The translations under genes and the position numbers were made by a program. A stretch of 64,000 bases of DNA from Dipteris shenzhenensis (lineage: Eukaryota): NCBI GenBank assembly GCA_047967505.1, contig CM106538.1. The stretch is one strand, 5' to 3'. Below, piece after piece: positions 24,385 through 35,432 of this stretch; position 1 is the first letter of the stretch, and the number at the start of each line of letters is the position of its first letter. A model generated the notes under the pieces. That model searched no databases. It saw nothing but the letters and a program-made list of their open reading frames with translations, and was not told where the DNA came from.

Positions 24385-24641
24385 TGTTGGAATTATATCT
24401 ATAATTCAGCAGTGACCAATGTAATATAATAAGTTAGTTAGGGGCATTTTTCCCTCATTTAGAGGTTTTTCCCCCTAACTGCAGTTAGTTCACTAACTAT
24501 GGTTAGTGACTACTAAGGTTTTGTCACTATGACAAAACCTTATCTACACTACTTTGTGTTGTACTCTTACACACTCTATTGAGCAACTAAAGCTTTTGAC
24601 TCTCTCTCTCTCTCTAGCTCTCACACTCTCCATTTCCTTCA
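24385..24641 (+). repeat. 5' LTR of the young Copia
   Basis: TGTTGG...CCTTCA, near-identical to 30024-30280. Confidence 0.96.
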
Positions 24642-24643
24642 TT

Positions 24644-24655
24644 TGGTATCAGAGC
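24644..24655 (+). promoter_or_regulatory. Primer-binding site (tRNA-iMet type)
   Basis: TGGTATCAGAGC two bases after the 5' LTR. Confidence 0.93.
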
Positions 24656-24730
24656 AGGTCCAAGAGCCTGGTGCTCCTTGCTCCCTCAAGTTTCAACCTC
24701 AGCCTCGACTTTCAGCCTACGCAAATCTGC

Positions 24731-25050
24731 CCGTACAGTCCGTACGACTGTACGGAATTCTGACGCCTGCCGTACGATTACGCCTGCCGTACGATTTCGC
24801 CCGCCGTACCAGCGCCGAAACTGTTCGTCATCTGCTGCAGTACTGTTCCGTACCAGTTCCGTACAAATCCGTACCTGCAGTCGTACTTCGCCGTACCATC
24901 GCCGAAACTGTTCGTCGTCTGCTTTCGTACAGCGCCGTACATCGCAATCTTTACCGTACATCGCCATCTGTACCGTACAGTCGTACTGACCGTACAATCT
25001 GTACCGTACAGTCCGTACTGTACCGTACCACCGTACAGTTAGTGCTGTAC
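24731..25050. repeat. Dense array of (CC)GTAC motifs in the Copia 5' leader
   Basis: About 26 GTAC tetramers counted by eye in ~320 bp, mostly as CCGTAC, CGTAC or CTGTAC. Confidence 0.85.
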
Positions 25051-25644
25051 CGAACCTCCTGCACTCTTTACAGATTTGTATGCATTTCTGCATTTTCAGA
25101 TCTGTACTTGCAGATTTTCACAGGTTGCATTTAGCCATAGGTGATCTTTGGCAAGTGATCCTTGGCAGGTGATCTTTGACAGGCTAAGTTTGCAGACAGC
25201 CATTGTTTGGCTAAGTATTCTGCAAGAACATTTGGGGCATTTTGCAGATTGAAGCCATTGCAATCATTGGGCAAGTTTGAAGCTATCACAAGAGCAAAAT
25301 TGCAGATTTGTCTGAAATTTGGGGCTTTTGTATTAAAATTGCAGATTTGGGGCTTTTGGCATTTTTACCCCTTTCTGGCTGCAATTTCTAGCCACAAATT
25401 GGGGCTTTTGTGTTTGGAGAGCATTTTTTGGAGTATTCTGTACATACTGCCTTTCTTGGAGTGTTTGGAACACTTTTGGCAGATTTTGGAGAGTGTTTTA
25501 TGCTTGGACAGATTTCTGACAACTCAAGTGCAGAAATCTAAGTTGCAAATACAGCCCGTGCTTGGGTGTGGTTTTTGGGAGTTGTGCATTTTATTCCCAG
25601 TAAGGGAATTCAGCTTTGTATCTGCTTCAATTCCTTTTTCAGAT

Positions 25645-26388
25645 ATGGCCCATCAAAATCAGAATGATTTTCAGTTCGGTGGTCTTTCTCAGGAAGACAA
25701 ATTGGATGGTACCAACTACTCCCTCTGGAGTTTCATGGTACGTAATATTCTGATTTCTCGCAATTTATGGGATTATGTCAATGGGGATGAAATCCGACCA
25801 GCAGATATTGCACCTGCTACCCCTCCTCACCAAGGAGGTGGAAGAGGTCGTGCACAAGGTGCAGCTGCAGGACAAGTTGTTGGTGCAGCTACAGTTAATA
25901 CTCCTGAGCAAAAGAGATGGGATTCACGGGATGCCTTAGCCTTGTCTTGCATCTCTCTTTCAGTGAAAAGATCAATCATTCCGCATATCCGGTCGTGTAA
26001 GACCTCCAGGGCAGCGTGGGATATTTTGGAAAGCATGTATGCAGCACGGAATGATGCCAGGGTATCTTTTTTAAAAAGAGAGTTGAGCAATACACATATG
26101 GAGGAGGGTGACTCCATGTCAGCCCACCTCACTAAGCTACAGGATCTCAGAGAGCAGTTGTTAAATATAGATGAAATTATTCCTGATTCAGAGATGATTA
26201 CAACCACTCTGAATTCTCTTCCTGAGTCTTATCTCAGCTTTCATACTTCGCTGAATTTATCATTGAGGGGGGGTGCAAATCCTCTTTCTTTTCATGAGCT
26301 GATAGGACTTCTGCTTCAGGAAGAGCAGACCAGGAAAAATTTGGCTTCACGTGCAGGTGAACAAGCCATGCTCTCAAAATTCAAATAA
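25645..26388 (+). CDS. Copia gag (ends at an in-frame TAA upstream of the zinc knuckle)
   Basis: MAHQNQ..KLDGTNYSLWSF..LWDYVNG..W..RDA.AL; the same frame continues after TAA 26386-26388 into CHYCKKPGHHIAEC and pol. Confidence 0.85.
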   Translation: MAHQNQNDFQFGGLSQEDKLDGTNYSLWSFMVRNILISRNLWDYVNGDEIRPADIAPATPPHQGGGRGRAQGAAAGQVVGAATVNTPEQKRWDSRDALALSCISLSVKRSIIPHIRSCKTSRAAWDILESMYAARNDARVSFLKRELSNTHMEEGDSMSAHLTKLQDLREQLLNIDEIIPDSEMITTTLNSLPESYLSFHTSLNLSLRGGANPLSFHELIGLLLQEEQTRKNLASRAGEQAMLSKFK

Positions 26389-29300
26389 AAAACAAAGGGA
26401 CAGGCAAAAACAGCAGCAAATCAGCCTTCCAGTGGGTCAGGACAGCCTTCACAAAAGGCTAAAAGTGATGCAAGCAAGCCCAAAAAGAAGGGTTTCTGTC
26501 ACTACTGCAAAAAGCCAGGTCATCACATAGCAGAATGCAGGAAAAGGATTGCAAAGGAAAAGAAAAACAGCTCAGGAATGGCTGTTTCAGATTCAGCCCC
26601 TTGTGCATCTGACAGTGGGGATGCTGCAGCCAACTTTGTTGGTCAAGATTATGCCTTTTTATCTTGCATTTCTGATTCTAGGTTGGCTGTTCCAGATGAT
26701 CGGGATAGTACAACTTCTTGCAGTGATGATACATATGCATTTTTGACTTGCAGTTTTGACTCTCCTTCAGATGCATCTGCTTTCAGTGTTGATGAAACAT
26801 TGAACACATGGTATTTTGACAGCGGTGCATCCAAGCACATCACTTCGAGGAAGTGTCTCTTTACTTCCTTGCATTCACCCCCTGTTGGTAAGAAAGTCAC
26901 TTGTGCCAACAACTCCTCATATTCAGTACGTGGCACAGGAGAAGTTGAGCTCACTGCAATTGATGGCTCAATTTTCAGACTTTCGGATGTTTTATATGTG
27001 CCTGGCATAACCAAAAATCTCCTTTCAGTGTCCACTCTTAACAGAGATGGATTTCAGGTCATCTTTGAGGATGACAAATGTGCTGTCCGGGACAGGGAAG
27101 CTAACTATGCCTTAATGTTATCTGGTACTCTGCTGCGTGGGCTTTTTCAGCTTGATATTTTTCAGAAAAGAGCAGCTCATGCTTTGGCAATTTCTTCCCC
27201 TACAGTTGCCATGCAAAATGCAGAATTATGGCATGCCAGATATGGCCACATGCATTACAACAGCTTAATGACACTTCAGAAATTTTCAATGGTTGATGCA
27301 TTGCCGCCTCTTGAGATACCTCCTCCACATGCCTGTGAAGGGTGCATTTTAGGTATAATGCATAGATTTCCCTTCAAGAAGGATGGTTCAGTTAAAGCTG
27401 TTCGCAAATTGCAGCTTATACACAGTGATGTCTGTGGTCCCATGAGGACTCCTTCATTGGGTGGTCATCTCTACTTTGTCACATTTATTGATGACTACTC
27501 CAATTTTACTTGGGTTTATGGGCTGAAAAAGAAATCTGAAGTGTTCACAGTGTTTAAACACTTTTCAGCCATGGTTGAAAATGAAACAGGGCTCAAGATA
27601 CAGACATTACGCACGGATAGAGGTGGGGAATACCTATCTGCAGAATTTGATGCTTTCCTCAAACAAAAGGGTATTGTGCATCAGCTCACAGTCAGGCTGA
27701 CTCCTCAGCAAAATGGCAAAGCTGAGAGGAAAAATAGAACCCTCATGGAGATGGACAGATGTATGCTGAAAAGCAAACACATGCCTCATAAATTCTGGTT
27801 AGAGGGTTTGATGTGTGCCAATTACATTTTGAACAGGGCTCCCACTAAGGCTTTAAAAACAAAAACTCCTTTTGAGGTCTGGAATGACAGGAAGCCTTTA
27901 GTGGATCACTTCCGAGTCTTTGGATGCCTTGCCTATGCACATGTGCCAGTTGAATTTAGGCACAAATTGTCAGATAAAGCCATCAAATGCATATTTGTTG
28001 GATACAGTGCAGAAAGCAAGGGATATCGTCTCTACAATCCTGCTACACGCAAAATCATTGTAAGTAGAGATGTGATATTTTCTGAAAATTCAGCTTACAC
28101 TCAGGCTGATTTTCAAATGCCTTCACCTTCAGAAGATGTATTTCAAGGGTTGCTACCCATTGCTTTGGGTTCCCCTGCTGATTTTTCTGATCCAAATCAG
28201 AATTTACAGCAACCTTCAAATGCTTCAGTTCCGCCACGGGATGTCATGCCTCCTCCACAGGAAGTGGAACAAGTGGTACAGCAAGAAATTGCAGACATAC
28301 ATGCAGCAAAAACAGTCCCAAACTGGCTGTTACAGACTCTCCGGGAGAGTAAACTTGATGCCCCGTTACCTGGCAAGACTCGCAGTGCAGCAAGGCACAT
28401 GGAAGGTGCTAATTTAGTGGAATCAGCATATGCAGGTACTCTCCTTGATGAAGAGGAGCCTGCCACATTTGAAGAGGCACAAGGTAATGTGCATTGGATG
28501 AATGCCATGCACGATGAGTTGCAGTCCATTGCCAAAAATCAGACTTGGGATGTTGTGGACTTTCCACAGGGTAAACATGCTATTGGCACACGATGGGTAT
28601 TTAAAGTCAAACGGAAGCCAGATGGCTCCATTGACAGATATAAAGCCAGGCTGGTTGCTAAAGGCTATGCTCAGAAAAAGGGCATAGATTATGAGGAGAC
28701 TTTTGCTCCTACATCCCGGATGACCACCATCCGATCAGTAATTGCAATGGCTGCACATTTTGAGTGGAATGTTCATCAGTTGGACATCAAAACAGCCTTC
28801 TTAAATGGGGACTTGCTGGAAGAGGTGTATGTCAAACCACCTCCGGGTTTTGGAATTACAGCAAATGCACTTCAAGTCTGCAAGCTTAATAAAGCTTTAT
28901 ATGGGCTGAAACAGGCCCCTCGTGCATGGTATGCCAAAATACATGCCTTTTTGACCAGCAAGGGGCTGCACAATAGTCCTACTGAGAGCACCCTCTACAT
29001 CAAGATGGATGGGGGGGAAATATTAGTCATCCTTCTTTATGTTGATGACTTACTGCTCACAGGGTCCAATGACGACAAAATTGCAGATTTCAAAACTGAT
29101 TTGCAGACCCACTTTGATATGTCAGATTTGGGGCTGCTTCATTTTTATTTGGGGATCCAGTTCTCTCATGAGAGACGTGGCACTGTTATGTCTCAGTCCA
29201 AGTATGTTCAGAAACTTTTGGACAGATTTAACATGCAAGAGTGTAAGCCCATATCTACTCCTATGGAACCGGGGCTGAAACTCACAATGCATGATGCAGG

Positions 29301-29988
29301 AGAATCAGTTGATGCCACACTTTACAGTCAAGCTGTTGGATGCCTCATATATCTCTGCAATACTAGGCCTGATATTCAGTTTGCAGTATCTCAGGTGAGC
29401 AGGTATATGCACAGCCCTAAAACTATGCATTGGCAGGCAGTTAAGCGCATCTTCCGTTATTTGCAAGGCACCAAGTCTTTTGGCTTACTATTTCCCAGGG
29501 GGGGTGACTTGCAGATGCATGCCTACAGTGATTCAGATTGGGCTGGTGATTATGACACTAGGCAGTCCACTAGTGGCAATTGTTTCTTTTTGGGAAAATC
29601 TTGCATTTCATGGCTAAGCAAGAAACAATCTACAGTGGCTACCTCATCATGTGAAGCTGAGTACAGGGCAGCTTTCACAGCAACAGTGGAATGTGTCTGG
29701 CTGAGACGTTTATTTGCTGATCTTCATCTGTCTTTGGAGGGTCCTTCTCCAATTCTCACTGATAGTCAGAGTGCCATTGCAGTGGCAAAGAATCCAGTGT
29801 TTCATGCTCGCACGAAGCACATTGAGGTTCACTATCACTACGTCAGAGAGAAGTTACATGCAGGAGAGATCAGTATGATCTTTGTGTCCACACATGACAA
29901 CGTTGCAGATATCTTCACCAAAGCACTACCACGTGAGAAGTTCGAGGCATTTCGCAGTGCCCTGAACTTATATCCGTTTGGTGATTGA
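26389..29988 (+). CDS. Copia gag knuckle plus pol polyprotein (protease, integrase, RT, RNase H), uninterrupted
   Basis: WYFDSGAS protease; LWHARYGH/CEGC; HSDVCGP..LRTDRGGEY..AERKNR integrase; [41 protein letters not shown] RNase H. Confidence 0.93.
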   Translation, partial: KTKGQAKTAANQPSSGSGQPSQKAKSDASKPKKKGFCHYCKKPGHHIAECRKRIAKEKKNSSGMAVSDSAPCASDSGDAAANFVGQDYAFLSCISDSRLAVPDDRDSTTSCSDDTYAFLTCSFDSPSDASAFSVDETLNTWYFDSGASKHITSRKCLFTSLHSPPVGKKVTCANNSSYSVRGTGEVELTAIDGSIFRLSDVLYVPGITKNLLSVSTLNRDGFQVIFEDDKCAVRDREANYALMLSGTLLRGLFQLDIFQKRAAHALAISSPTVAMQNAELWHARYGHMHYNSLMTLQKFSMVDALPPLEIPPPHACEGCILGIMHRFPFKKDGSVKAVRKLQLIHSDVCGPMRTPSLGGHLYFVTFIDDYSNFTWVYGLKKKSEVFTVFKHFSAMVENETGLKIQTLRTDRGGEYLSAEFDAFLKQKGIVHQLTVRLTPQQNGKAERKNRTLMEMDRCMLKSKHMPHKFWLEGLMCANYILNRAPTKALKTKTPFEVWNDRKPLVDHFRVFGCLAYAHVPVEFRHKLSDKAIKCIFVGYSAESKGYRLYNPATRKIIVSRDVIFSENSAYTQADFQMPSPSEDVFQGLLPIALGSPADFSDPNQNLQQPSNASVPPRDVMPPPQEVEQVVQQEIADIHAAKTVPNWLLQTLRESKLDAPLPGKTRSAARHMEGANLVESAYAGTLLDEEEPATFEEAQGNVHWMNAMHDELQSIAKNQTWDVVDFPQGKHAIGTRWVFKVKRKPDGSIDRYKARLVAKGYAQKKGIDYEETFAPTSRMTTIRSVIAMAAHFEWNVHQLDIKTAFLNGDLLEEVYVKPPPGFGITANALQVCKLNKALYGLKQAPRAWYAKIHAFLTSKGLHNSPTESTLYIKMDGGEILVILLYVDDLLLTGSNDDKIADFKTDLQTHFDMSDLGLLHFYLGIQFSHERRGTVMSQSKYVQKLLDRFNMQECKPISTPMEPGLKLTMHDAGESVDATLYSQAVGCLIYLCNTRPDIQFAVSQVSRYMHSPKTMHWQAVKRIFRYLQGTKSFGLLFPRGGDLQMHAYSDSDWAGDYDTRQSTSGNCFFLGKSCISWLSKKQSTVATSSCEAEYRAAFTATVECVWLRRLFADLHLSLEGPSPILTDSQSAIAVAKNPVFHARTKHIEVHYHYVREKLHAGEISMIFVSTHDNVADIFTKALPREKFEAFRSALNLYPFGD

Positions 29989-30023
29989 TCAGCCTTGTAC
30001 ATGACATTGGCACTGCAGGGGGG

Positions 30024-30280
30024 TGTTGGAATTATATCTATAATTCAGCAGTGACCAATGTAATATAATAAGTTAGTTAGGGGCATTTTTCCCTCATTTA
30101 GAGGTTTTCCCCCCTAACTGCAGTTAGTTCACTAACTATGGTTAGTGACTACTAAGGTTTTGTCACTATGACAAAACCTTATCTACACTACTTTGTGTTG
30201 TACTCTTACACACTCTATTGAGCAACTAAAGCTTTTGACTCTCTCTCTCTCTCTAGCTCTCACACTCTCCATTTCCTTCA
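30024..30280 (+). repeat. 3' LTR of the young Copia
   Basis: Preceded by the PPT and followed by TSD CTGCC. Confidence 0.96.
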
Positions 30281-31959
30281 CTGCCTTCACATCTCGCATC
30301 ACTGACTTTACCATAGCACCTCTCCCTCCAGGGGCTGACATACCTATCTTTTCTTTAGCATTTCTAACCCCCGCTGCACAGCACTTTCTACCCCCTTGAG
30401 TTCTTACTCCACCTACCATGATATACGCTTTGATCGCGATCACTCACCTACTTACTTTGGCCGTCTATACATACTTCTCACATACATTGACTTTATACCC
30501 CTCTTAGACGAGATCGTGCTGCCCTAGTCACTCGCTCACTACACGAGGCTGCTCTTCACGCCTTTCACACCACGTGCTCCACCCGCCCACCACCATCTGG
30601 GACCGTACCTTGTAATAGCTGGTACGATGATGAGTGTAAGGCTTTACGCCGTGAGCTCAGATTCGAAACAAAAAACAACCTTCCGAGCGAACCAGAGATG
30701 CTATGCGAGTACCGTCGTCTGGTACGCAGGAAGAAACTTGACTTCGTGCGCCAGAACGAGAAGGAGCTACTGAACATTCTATTCAGTAACAACTCTAAGG
30801 ACTTCTGGCGGAGATTTCTAGAAGGACGGTCCCCCTCACCACTCATTGACACTCAGGTGTGGTTTGATTATGCACACACGCTCTATGATATCCCAAATCA
30901 GCCAACCCCTAATCTATCACATATACCACGTCCAACATTCTGCACCCTTTTCACTAGGGGGGGGGGGTAAAGGATGCCGTAATGAAACTTCATAATGGCC
31001 GAGCGAAGGATCATGAGGGACTATGCACTGAGCTCATTGCATATGGGATTAACCTCCTAGCTGGCCAAGCTATTTAATGAAGCTGTTTGCTTGGGGTTTC
31101 CACGTACCTGGACCATCAACACTATCTCACCCATCCACAAGGCAGGGGATCCCATGAACCCGAAGAACTATAGGACCATTATGATTGGACATGTCATGTC
31201 CAAGATTTATGCATCAGTACTTGATGATGAGGTCAGCAGATTTGCGGAGTGTCGAGGATAGAGCAGTGGCACAGGCCGGTTTCAAGCGGGATTATGGGAC
31301 GATGGACCATATTCTTGCGCTCAGATGTCGAGGATAGAGCAGTGGCACGGGCCGGTTTCAAGCGGGATTATGGGACCATGGACCATATTCTTGCGCTCAG
31401 ATGTATCATCGAGGAGGATCTTCAGGTGTCCTGTTTACTATGAGATCCGAGGGCGTTTCTACTGCCTCTTCAGAGATAGTTACGGGGTTTTGGCCCATTT
31501 CCTCTCCTACCCAGACCAGCGATGCTTGGCTAGTTTCATTCATGAGGTGCTCGGACACCGCGATAGGATACTCCGAGCACGGAGACAAAAGCAGACTTCT
31601 TCCTCGACTGATACCTCGGAGTGTTCTATCACGGAGTTCTTTCAGCCAGATCACATAGACCTCCATGAGACGAGACCTTGACATGACCGTGACCCGAGAG
31701 GGTTGACTCACAGATCATACTTGGGGACATCCCGTTTAGGGTCGGAGCCCGACTAACGGGGGTCACAGTGGCCCTGGTTAGATGCAGAGCTACGACCAGG
31801 AGACGTACTAGGACTGCACCCTTGGGGGGGGCGACAGCACTCTATTGCTGACCTCATGCCTCCACTTCCACAACCTCATCCATCCTGATGTCCTGCTGCT
31901 GCTGCTGATGATGATGATGATTATGATGATATCGACGATGATGCTGAGATTGATATATA

Positions 31960-32750
31960 TAGTCGAGATATGACTATGTTGTACGTAGGAATTAGTACTA
32001 CCATTTGCATTCTGCATTGATGTGGATGCTCGTTTAGTAGCTCCACTACCACAGCTCATTGTATCAAAATTGAACCGAACAAGCTTTCCAACATACTCCA
32101 ATTCTGAGCTGCAGTCTTTGTGATGTCAATGGGATGAAAGTACTCCATTCCTAAAGCTCTTCCTAGAAGGCATAGAGCTCTTTCGTTCTTCAAATCCCAT
32201 GCCTGCATCTTCTCTAGCCCTTGATTGTTTGCTGGCTTTTTCTCAGATCCAGACACGAACCCCCACAATCCTTTTGCCATGAAAAGCAATTGAACAAATA
32301 AGTGCGACGACAGGAAATTTCTACCATTGACCTTGACGACTAATGTATCTGGCAGGCTAGACTTTGGCAAAGATTTCGACCAATTCTCCATGTTAGTAAG
32401 TAATAGTAGACCACAATCTCAAGGAAAGAAGGCTCTGATACCAATTGTTGGATATCTGAAATTGTAGGTGATCACTCTCAGGATCAATTATTCACCAATT
32501 GCTCACATAAAATTTAAAACCAAGTATAAGGGCTTGAGAAGGAAGTTCATACCAAATGCTGGTGATCCTACTTTTTCACCTTTCCCTTTCTTCAGAGGCT
32601 CTCTGGTGCAATCTTTCTTTAATTGTCTGCAGGCTCATTACATAGACTATAATGTATACTTGTCATATAGTGAGATCTTCTGTTCATGTACTTTTGAGCT
32701 CTGCATTGAGGGGAAGCTACTGTGAAATATAATGCATCGCAATCTTCACA
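31960..32750 (-). mobile_element. Truncated Copia element (5' LTR, PBS and gag start)
   Basis: Minus-strand PBS TGGTATCAGAGCC at 32431-32443; LTR edge at 32446; gag-like KVNGRNF..GLWGFVSG..AWDLKNERAL (32056-32391). Outer LTR end uncertain. Confidence 0.7.
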
Positions 32751-32761
32751 AAAAAAGAAAG

Positions 32762-32786
32762 TGTGTATACATATATATGTGTGTAT

Positions 32787-32818
<32 letters not shown>

Positions 32819-32925
32819 TGTAGAGATATATATATGTATGTATATGTATATATATGTATGTCTACATACATACATACTTGCCTGCATGCATACATACGCA
32901 CATGCATACATACATACATACATAA
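32762..32925. repeat. Compound (TA)n/(TATG)n/(TACA)n microsatellite
   Basis: Directly visible; may be the tail of the adjacent minus-strand LINE fragment. Confidence 0.9.
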
Positions 32926-34150
32926 TCCCTGACTTGGTAGAGGTATGTGAGAACATGGAATGCTGCAGCAGGCTGTAATGGGGATGCTCCAAACTCGGCA
33001 AGAACTATCTGATGTAGGATTGATAGCTTATTGTGGACCATCCGTGATATCAAGAGTACCTGAAGCCTCTCCATTCTGCCTTTGATATGTCGGGCCCCCA
33101 ACAATGACGGCCCTACATAACCGTAGGGTGGACCAACGAGTTAAAGAGAAGAGAATTGGTTTGAGGATCTCGGAAATGAGAGTAAAGGCTTTGCCACTTG
33201 AGTCTAGCAAGTGCAGCATATTCCCCTACGTAGTTGGGCCCTGTAATGTTACAATGAGCTGTAATGGGGATGCACCAAAATCTGCAAGAACTATCTGATG
33301 TGGGACTTACAGCTTATTGTCTACCTGTGACATCAAGAGAACCTGAAGCCTCTCCACTCGAGCCCAGTCTGCCTCTGATAGGTTGGGCCTCCAACAATGA
33401 TGGCCTACATAACCGCAAGGCAGACCAAGGAGTCAGAGAGGAGAATTGGTTCAGGATTCCTGAAAATGAGAGTACTGCTACTCGAGTCAACAAGTGCTGT
33501 GTATCTCCTTTCCCAGTCGGGCCTAATCGCTGGTTGCATTGTGGAAGTCGGGCGAGAGAAAAGAACCCCCAGGTATGTGTAGGATGCGACACCCTCTACC
33601 AGTAATCCCTCTAGCGTGAAATGCTCTCTGTGCATGGCTGCTTAGGATGTGTTTAAGGTCACGAACTTGGTTTTACCAAGGTCTACCTTCAAATCATGTG
33701 TCTCACAGAAAGTATGAAGTGCATCCAAGTGTCGTTGAAGGCCCTTTTCTAAGATTGAGAGCAAGGCCACATTGTCTGCATATAGGAGGACTTGAATTAA
33801 GGAGCCGGTGAGGGAGTAGCATGCCTCCGGTAGTGTCCCAATGAAAGTCTCGAGCTTGTCTATGTAGCAGCCAAACAAGATTGGTGATGGTGGATAATTA
33901 TTTGACCCTAATAGCGCTCATGATCTCCTTTGCCCAGCTTGCACCTGTCCCAGCTTGCTCATGATCTCCTTTGCCCAGCTTGCGCCTGTCTAAGGCCCTC
34001 TCATAGAGCGCCATGATTGCCTATATGATCTCTTGACCATGCCCTGACTCCTACAAATAGTTGATGAGGCAAGCTCTTGGCACTGCGTCAAAAGCTTTGC
34101 AAAAACCTATAAAGCAGCATTAAACACTCTGTCTCCGTGCTCTGGCCTCT
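32926..34150 (-). mobile_element. RTEX-like LINE RT fragment with an internal ~285-bp duplication
   Basis: FGCYIDKLE..LLYADNVALL..GLQRHLDAL..KTK, YTYLGVLF; gctgtaatggggatgc starts two similar blocks at ~32972 and ~33258. Confidence 0.75.
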
Positions 34151-35320
34151 TCAATGACTATTTTTTGCGTCAAGCATTGATGCATATATATCTTAGACAT
34201 GACATGCCCACTCATAATGGTCTTTCTGGACTCATGGGATGCCCTGCCTTATGAATGGGAGTGATGGTATTAAGGGTTTTAGACAGGGTGCAAACTCCTT
34301 AGTAAAAGGATTGTGGTCATAGTATTTATTTCATATGCTTATGAATCTAGTGCGTAGTTCCTAATGACTAGCTCAGCCGTTATGAAGCTTCAAAGCTGAC
34401 TGTACTAGCATCATATAGGAGGGGATTGAGGCTCTAGCTTTTGTGCGAAGCCATCAGGTGGCTTCACCCTCACCCCTCCTCACCTCCTTTGTTAGGGTTT
34501 GCTACATACTGTGTTCATTGTGCATTTAGCATGAAGCTGCTGCATTTGAGTTAGAAAACATGTGGCACAAAATAAAGTAGTAAATACACGAGAGTAATGT
34601 GAATATGCATTCATAGATATTGCAACCTTGCTATCTGTATTGCATAGGCACAAGACAATATCATTGTTTAAGCATCGATTTCAAGAAAAGAGAAAATAGG
34701 ATGTATTAGGTAAGTCTAGGTTTATGGTACCTATGTAAGATTTAATCAAGATAATGAAATAGTTTGACATTGAAAGCAAAGTCATGTATGTCATATATAG
34801 CATCCAACATAAAGAATTTGTACGAGTGAAGTGTTCATAAATCAGGGTTGATTGAGATAAGAGGTGTGAACATATAACTCCAAGGCTCACATGCATAATT
34901 TCTTCTCATCTTGTGCTGTTTGAGCATTCCAAAGATGACATCTATTTTCATGCAGCTCCATCATCTCACTCAAAACCCTGCAAATTCTTATGGTGGAGAT
35001 TGCTGTAATGTGCCCTATGTACAGTGGACCTTGTAAACTTTAAAATATTCCCCTCGATCTAAAATAAAAATGGAGTTTGGGTTTGCGATAATATCTTCAA
35101 TTGAACTAGAATAACGTGGAATCATGGTTCATCTTTAAAGTTGGATATAGGCCTTACATATGTAGTCCTTGGCATTCTACACAAATAACACACAGACTTA
35201 TTGCTGAAATATCTAAAATGTGTGGAGTTTTGAAAAACAATCAATGCACATTTTTTGGGCTGTACTATCTTTTCTTGTAAAGCATTCTATCACAATTTAT
35301 TGATTATAGAGTTGGTTCAG

Positions 35321-35432
35321 GATTTCATGGAGAAAATGCAGACATATTCAAGGGCATTGCGGGAATTGGACATGCAGTGCTTTTTAAGGGTGAAAAAGCA
35401 CTCTCATCAAAGGATCTGAAGTCCCTGAAGAG
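35321..35432 (+). CDS. ICS: ICS/PHYLLO-like gene exon 4
   Basis: GFHGENADIFKGIAGIGHAVLFKGEKALSSKDLKSLKR resembles ICS VAGIGSAVFF...D..SI.R; phase 1 in, phase 2 out. Confidence 0.85.

Larger units (their letters stand above)
24385..30280 (+). mobile_element. Young, near-intact Ty1/Copia LTR retrotransposon
   Basis: 257-bp LTRs (TG...CA) differing at one visible position; TSD CTGCC at 24380-24384 and 30281-30285; PBS; PPT AGGGGGG 30017-30023; full gag-pol. Confidence 0.97.
24110..31930 (+). mobile_element. RTEX-like LINE (internally deleted) split by the Copia insertion at 24385-30280
   Basis: Endonuclease LLIYNGLDRWPASGGFTCFPHGGGFSVVDYIMGSPA resumes after the TSD as FTSRITDFTIAPLPPGAD; WYDDECK; PIHKAGDPMNPKNYRTIMIGH; 76-bp tandem duplication ~31250-31401; CPVYYEIRGR C-terminus; (GCT)n(GAT)n tail ~31894-31930. 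Confidence 0.85.

Noticed and set aside
24731-25050. Short repeats with variable spacers, superficially CRISPR-like
   Set aside because: The repeated motif is only 4-8 bp with irregular spacing, lies in a Copia leader, and there are no cas genes; the context is eukaryotic.
24643-25644. ORF 24643-25134 and the 146-codon in-frame extension upstream of Copia gag as extra genes
   Set aside because: They have non-ATG starts, low-complexity or repeat-derived composition and no recognisable domain; a T-rich tract plus CAG just before ATG 25645 suggests leader or intron sequence.
32732-33104. Tyr/Ile/Met-rich ORFs
   Set aside because: They are translations of the TA/TACA microsatellite.
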